A DNA stretch of 64,000 bases from Antechinus flavipes (lineage: Eukaryota), in assembly GCF_016432865.1 (NCBI RefSeq), contig NC_067402.1, forward strand, positions 278,442,001-278,506,000. Reading direction: 5' to 3'. A program made the translations under genes and the position numbers. Numbering within the stretch: position 1 is the first letter of the stretch; each line of letters starts with the position of its first letter. The notes under the pieces were generated by a model. The model was not told where the DNA came from, did no database searches, and worked only from the letters and a program-made list of their open reading frames with translations. Shown here piece by piece: positions 61,540-64,000 of this stretch.

Positions 61540-61980
61540 GTTCAATGCACACGGCACTGGGCCTGGACACAGGACGTTTCGAGTTCAGGCACAGTCTCTC
61601 GTGTTTATTAGGAGTGAGCCTGGGCGAGTGAGTGACATAATCTGTCTGCCTCAGGTTCCTCTTCTGCAAAATGGAGATAAAAATAGTACACTGAACCTGT
61701 CTGCCTCAGGTTCCTCATCTACAAAATGGGGACAAAAATACACTGAACCTGTCTGCCTCAGGTTCCTCATCTACAAAATGGGGACAAAAATACACTGAAC
61801 CTGTCTGTCTCAAGTTCCTCATCTACAAAATGGGGACAAAAATACATTGAACCTGCCTGCCTCAGGTTCCTCATCTGTAAAATGAGCTGGAGAAGAAAAT
61901 GGCAAACCCCTCCAGTATCTCTGCCAGCAAAATCCCAAATGAAGTCACAAAGAGGTAAACAACACTGAAATAAATGAACA
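61540..61980 (+). mobile_element. CORE-SINE (Mar1-like) with the core amplified as a 52-bp tandem repeat
   Basis: Units start at 61691, 61743, 61795 and 61847, with a diverged unit at ~61636; RTE-type tail follows. Confidence 0.9.
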
Positions 61981-62149
61981 GCATCAGCAAAATTTAAACT
62001 TATTTGAATTAGTCCATCATTCTATCCTGTTGGATTCTAGTTTGGATACTGTCATCCAACATGTCAGCTAGCTCTTACAACCTCCCTTCGTTTACAAACT
62101 TAACAAGCAAGATTTTTATGAAGTCAGTAGTAAAAATGTCAGGCAGACA

Positions 62150-62176
62150 AGGCCAAGGTCAGGAAGGTCAAGGTAA
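62150..62176 (+). promoter_or_regulatory. Nuclear-receptor half-site cluster containing a perfect DR3
   Basis: AGGCCA AGGTCA gga AGGTCA AGGTAA; sequence match only. Confidence 0.35.
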
Positions 62177-64000
62177 GGAAACTTCCTTACCATTAATCAC
62201 CGCTCCATGGCTCCTATCATCCTATGTCCCAGTACTATTGCCTAACCATGTCTCTGGACATTACCTTGTCTTCTTCACAGAGACAGCATAAGAGTGTCTA
62301 CTAAATGTTGTAATGAAATCTAAATACAGCATGGCTACAACACTTCACTTGATCCAGAACACTAGTTACCGGGTCCAAAATTTAAAAAAAAAAAAAAAGG
62401 AAATGAGATTATCCATCAATCATTAAGTGTTTAATATATGCCCACTATATGCAATATGGCCTAACAGATAGAGACTATCTTGAAGCCACAAGATCTATGT
62501 TCAAGTTCCTCTGACACATAAGGTCTATAAGATTTTGGACAAATCACTCTCAGTGCTTCCCAAGCATACAATGATGTTAAATCTCCCTTTCTTCTAGTGG
62601 ATCAGAACTGGCTCTTTGGGAAAACTTTCCAATAGTCAGTTTTTCTTTAGTACCTTTCATTATAGATCTGTATCTCCTCTCCTCAAGTCCCCACACTTGG
62701 GTGGTCCCTGACATAGCCACATATACTTTGAGGGGAAGAATGATAAAGAAATGTTAACACAAGTAGCTGTACACCCTCGGGCCTCCCACCTCTCCACTTT
62801 TGCAGTCTCCCAGTCAAAGCTTCTACTATCTCCATGCCTCGATCTAAATTGGGTATGAGGAGGAATTCATTTAAGGAATTTACTCTAAGATGGCTGTTAG
62901 TTTCTTAACTCTCCTCAAACTGCATTTTTAAAAAATGTCAGATAGATAAGTAATCCTAATTGACTCTGACTCTATATAGTGTTGATAAAGCCCCATTCCT
63001 CCCTCTCACCAAATCTCTAACTGGTAGACTTTCAGAAAATACAATAAAATAAAATGTTCCCTAAGAGTGGGGGGGGAAATATTCTAAGACAAGGATCTAA
63101 GTTGGACCATCTTCTTAGGGACTCTGATCCTTAGTTCAATAAGCCATGTGCTATCCCATCCTTCTCTACTTCTACACCCAAGATTCTTGAAAAACTATAC
63201 TTTTTTCCCAACAGTGCAGGAGCTATGGCCAGACTTAGGAGAACGGGGGGAAGAGACAAAGAATAGAAAGAAAGAAACCATTATAAGTCAAAGATTGCTA
63301 GTATGTCTATTATATTTTCAGAGAGTTAATTTTTAAATTATAATCATTTCATTAATTCCAAAAGCTGAGAAGTCTACTAAAATTGTTATCCTTCATAAAA
63401 GGATTAATTATTATTTCTGAAGTTATATTTGCTACTAGCAAACCTGAGATTAAAATGAAAGTTCCCTTATGTTTCTTTTCAGTTACTATATCTCACCACT
63501 CAAAACAGTTCCATTTTAATATCCCAAGAATTATAGCTTAGGTGACTGGGGGTAAGGAGGCGAGGCAGACTACACTGAGTGGATCAATTAGAGGCAAGGC
63601 TCACTTTAAAAGCAGACTATGGCCTACTTGGTATGACTGCGGGGGATTCAGGTCTCAGGCTTCTCCAAATACCTTCTTTCAGAACTTTGCTGACTGAAAT
63701 GATACAAATTATAGGTATGTGAACTGAATTTAAGGCTTTGTCACTGTTTAGAATGAAAATAACCCTGGGAAGAAAGCTATTTTAAGTCTTGCCAGTCATT
63801 TTCACTAAATCTTTCCCTAAAACTATGTTTTAAGGATTGAACCTTGAAGATAATGGCCACCAAGGTCAGAAAAAGAGGGTCACTAAAAAGGGGGAATCTC
63901 GAGCACTGAGAAAGTCTATAATGTCAAATAGTGAATTTAGGGGTTGAAAGACAGGACTTTTGTTCCAACTTTTTCTCTGGAAAGTCATTTTACCACGCAG

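Noticed and set aside
61691-61885. Regularly spaced repeats resembling a CRISPR array
   Set aside because: Units are contiguous with no unique spacers, derive from a SINE CORE, and the context is eukaryotic.
60100-64000. Possible SLC41A2 promoter/first exon at the high-coordinate end
   Set aside because: No CpG island or convincing first-exon signature; it probably lies beyond the window.

Overview
Mammalian genomic DNA, almost certainly marsupial and probably dasyurid (Tasmanian-devil-like), judged from its WSINE1/Mar1-type SINEs and L1 3' ends. It contains the 5' half of the Mg2+ transporter gene SLC41A2 on the minus strand: five coding exons at 36007-36540, 25665-25772, 10105-10176, 7877-8021 and 4386-4532, all GT-AG and phase-compatible. 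The remaining 3' exons lie below position 1, and the promoter/first exon is not evident. The rest is intron, dense with L1, L2, L3/CR1, CORE-SINEs and LTRs, plus an internally deleted betaretrovirus-like provirus (28450-30113) whose integrase remnant keeps its DDE residues. There is also a GC-rich 22-bp minisatellite island with a consensus CTCF motif, an 830-bp TC block and two N gaps. The most unusual signal is four independent 75-170 bp copies of nearby DNA (donor 0.55-1.95 kb away, one inverted), each inserted into a retroelement, which looks like recurrent local templated-insertion repair. No tRNA, rRNA or CRISPR features are supported. Repeat family names come from recognising consensus features by eye, and repeat boundaries are approximate unless a target-site duplication (TSD) is given.
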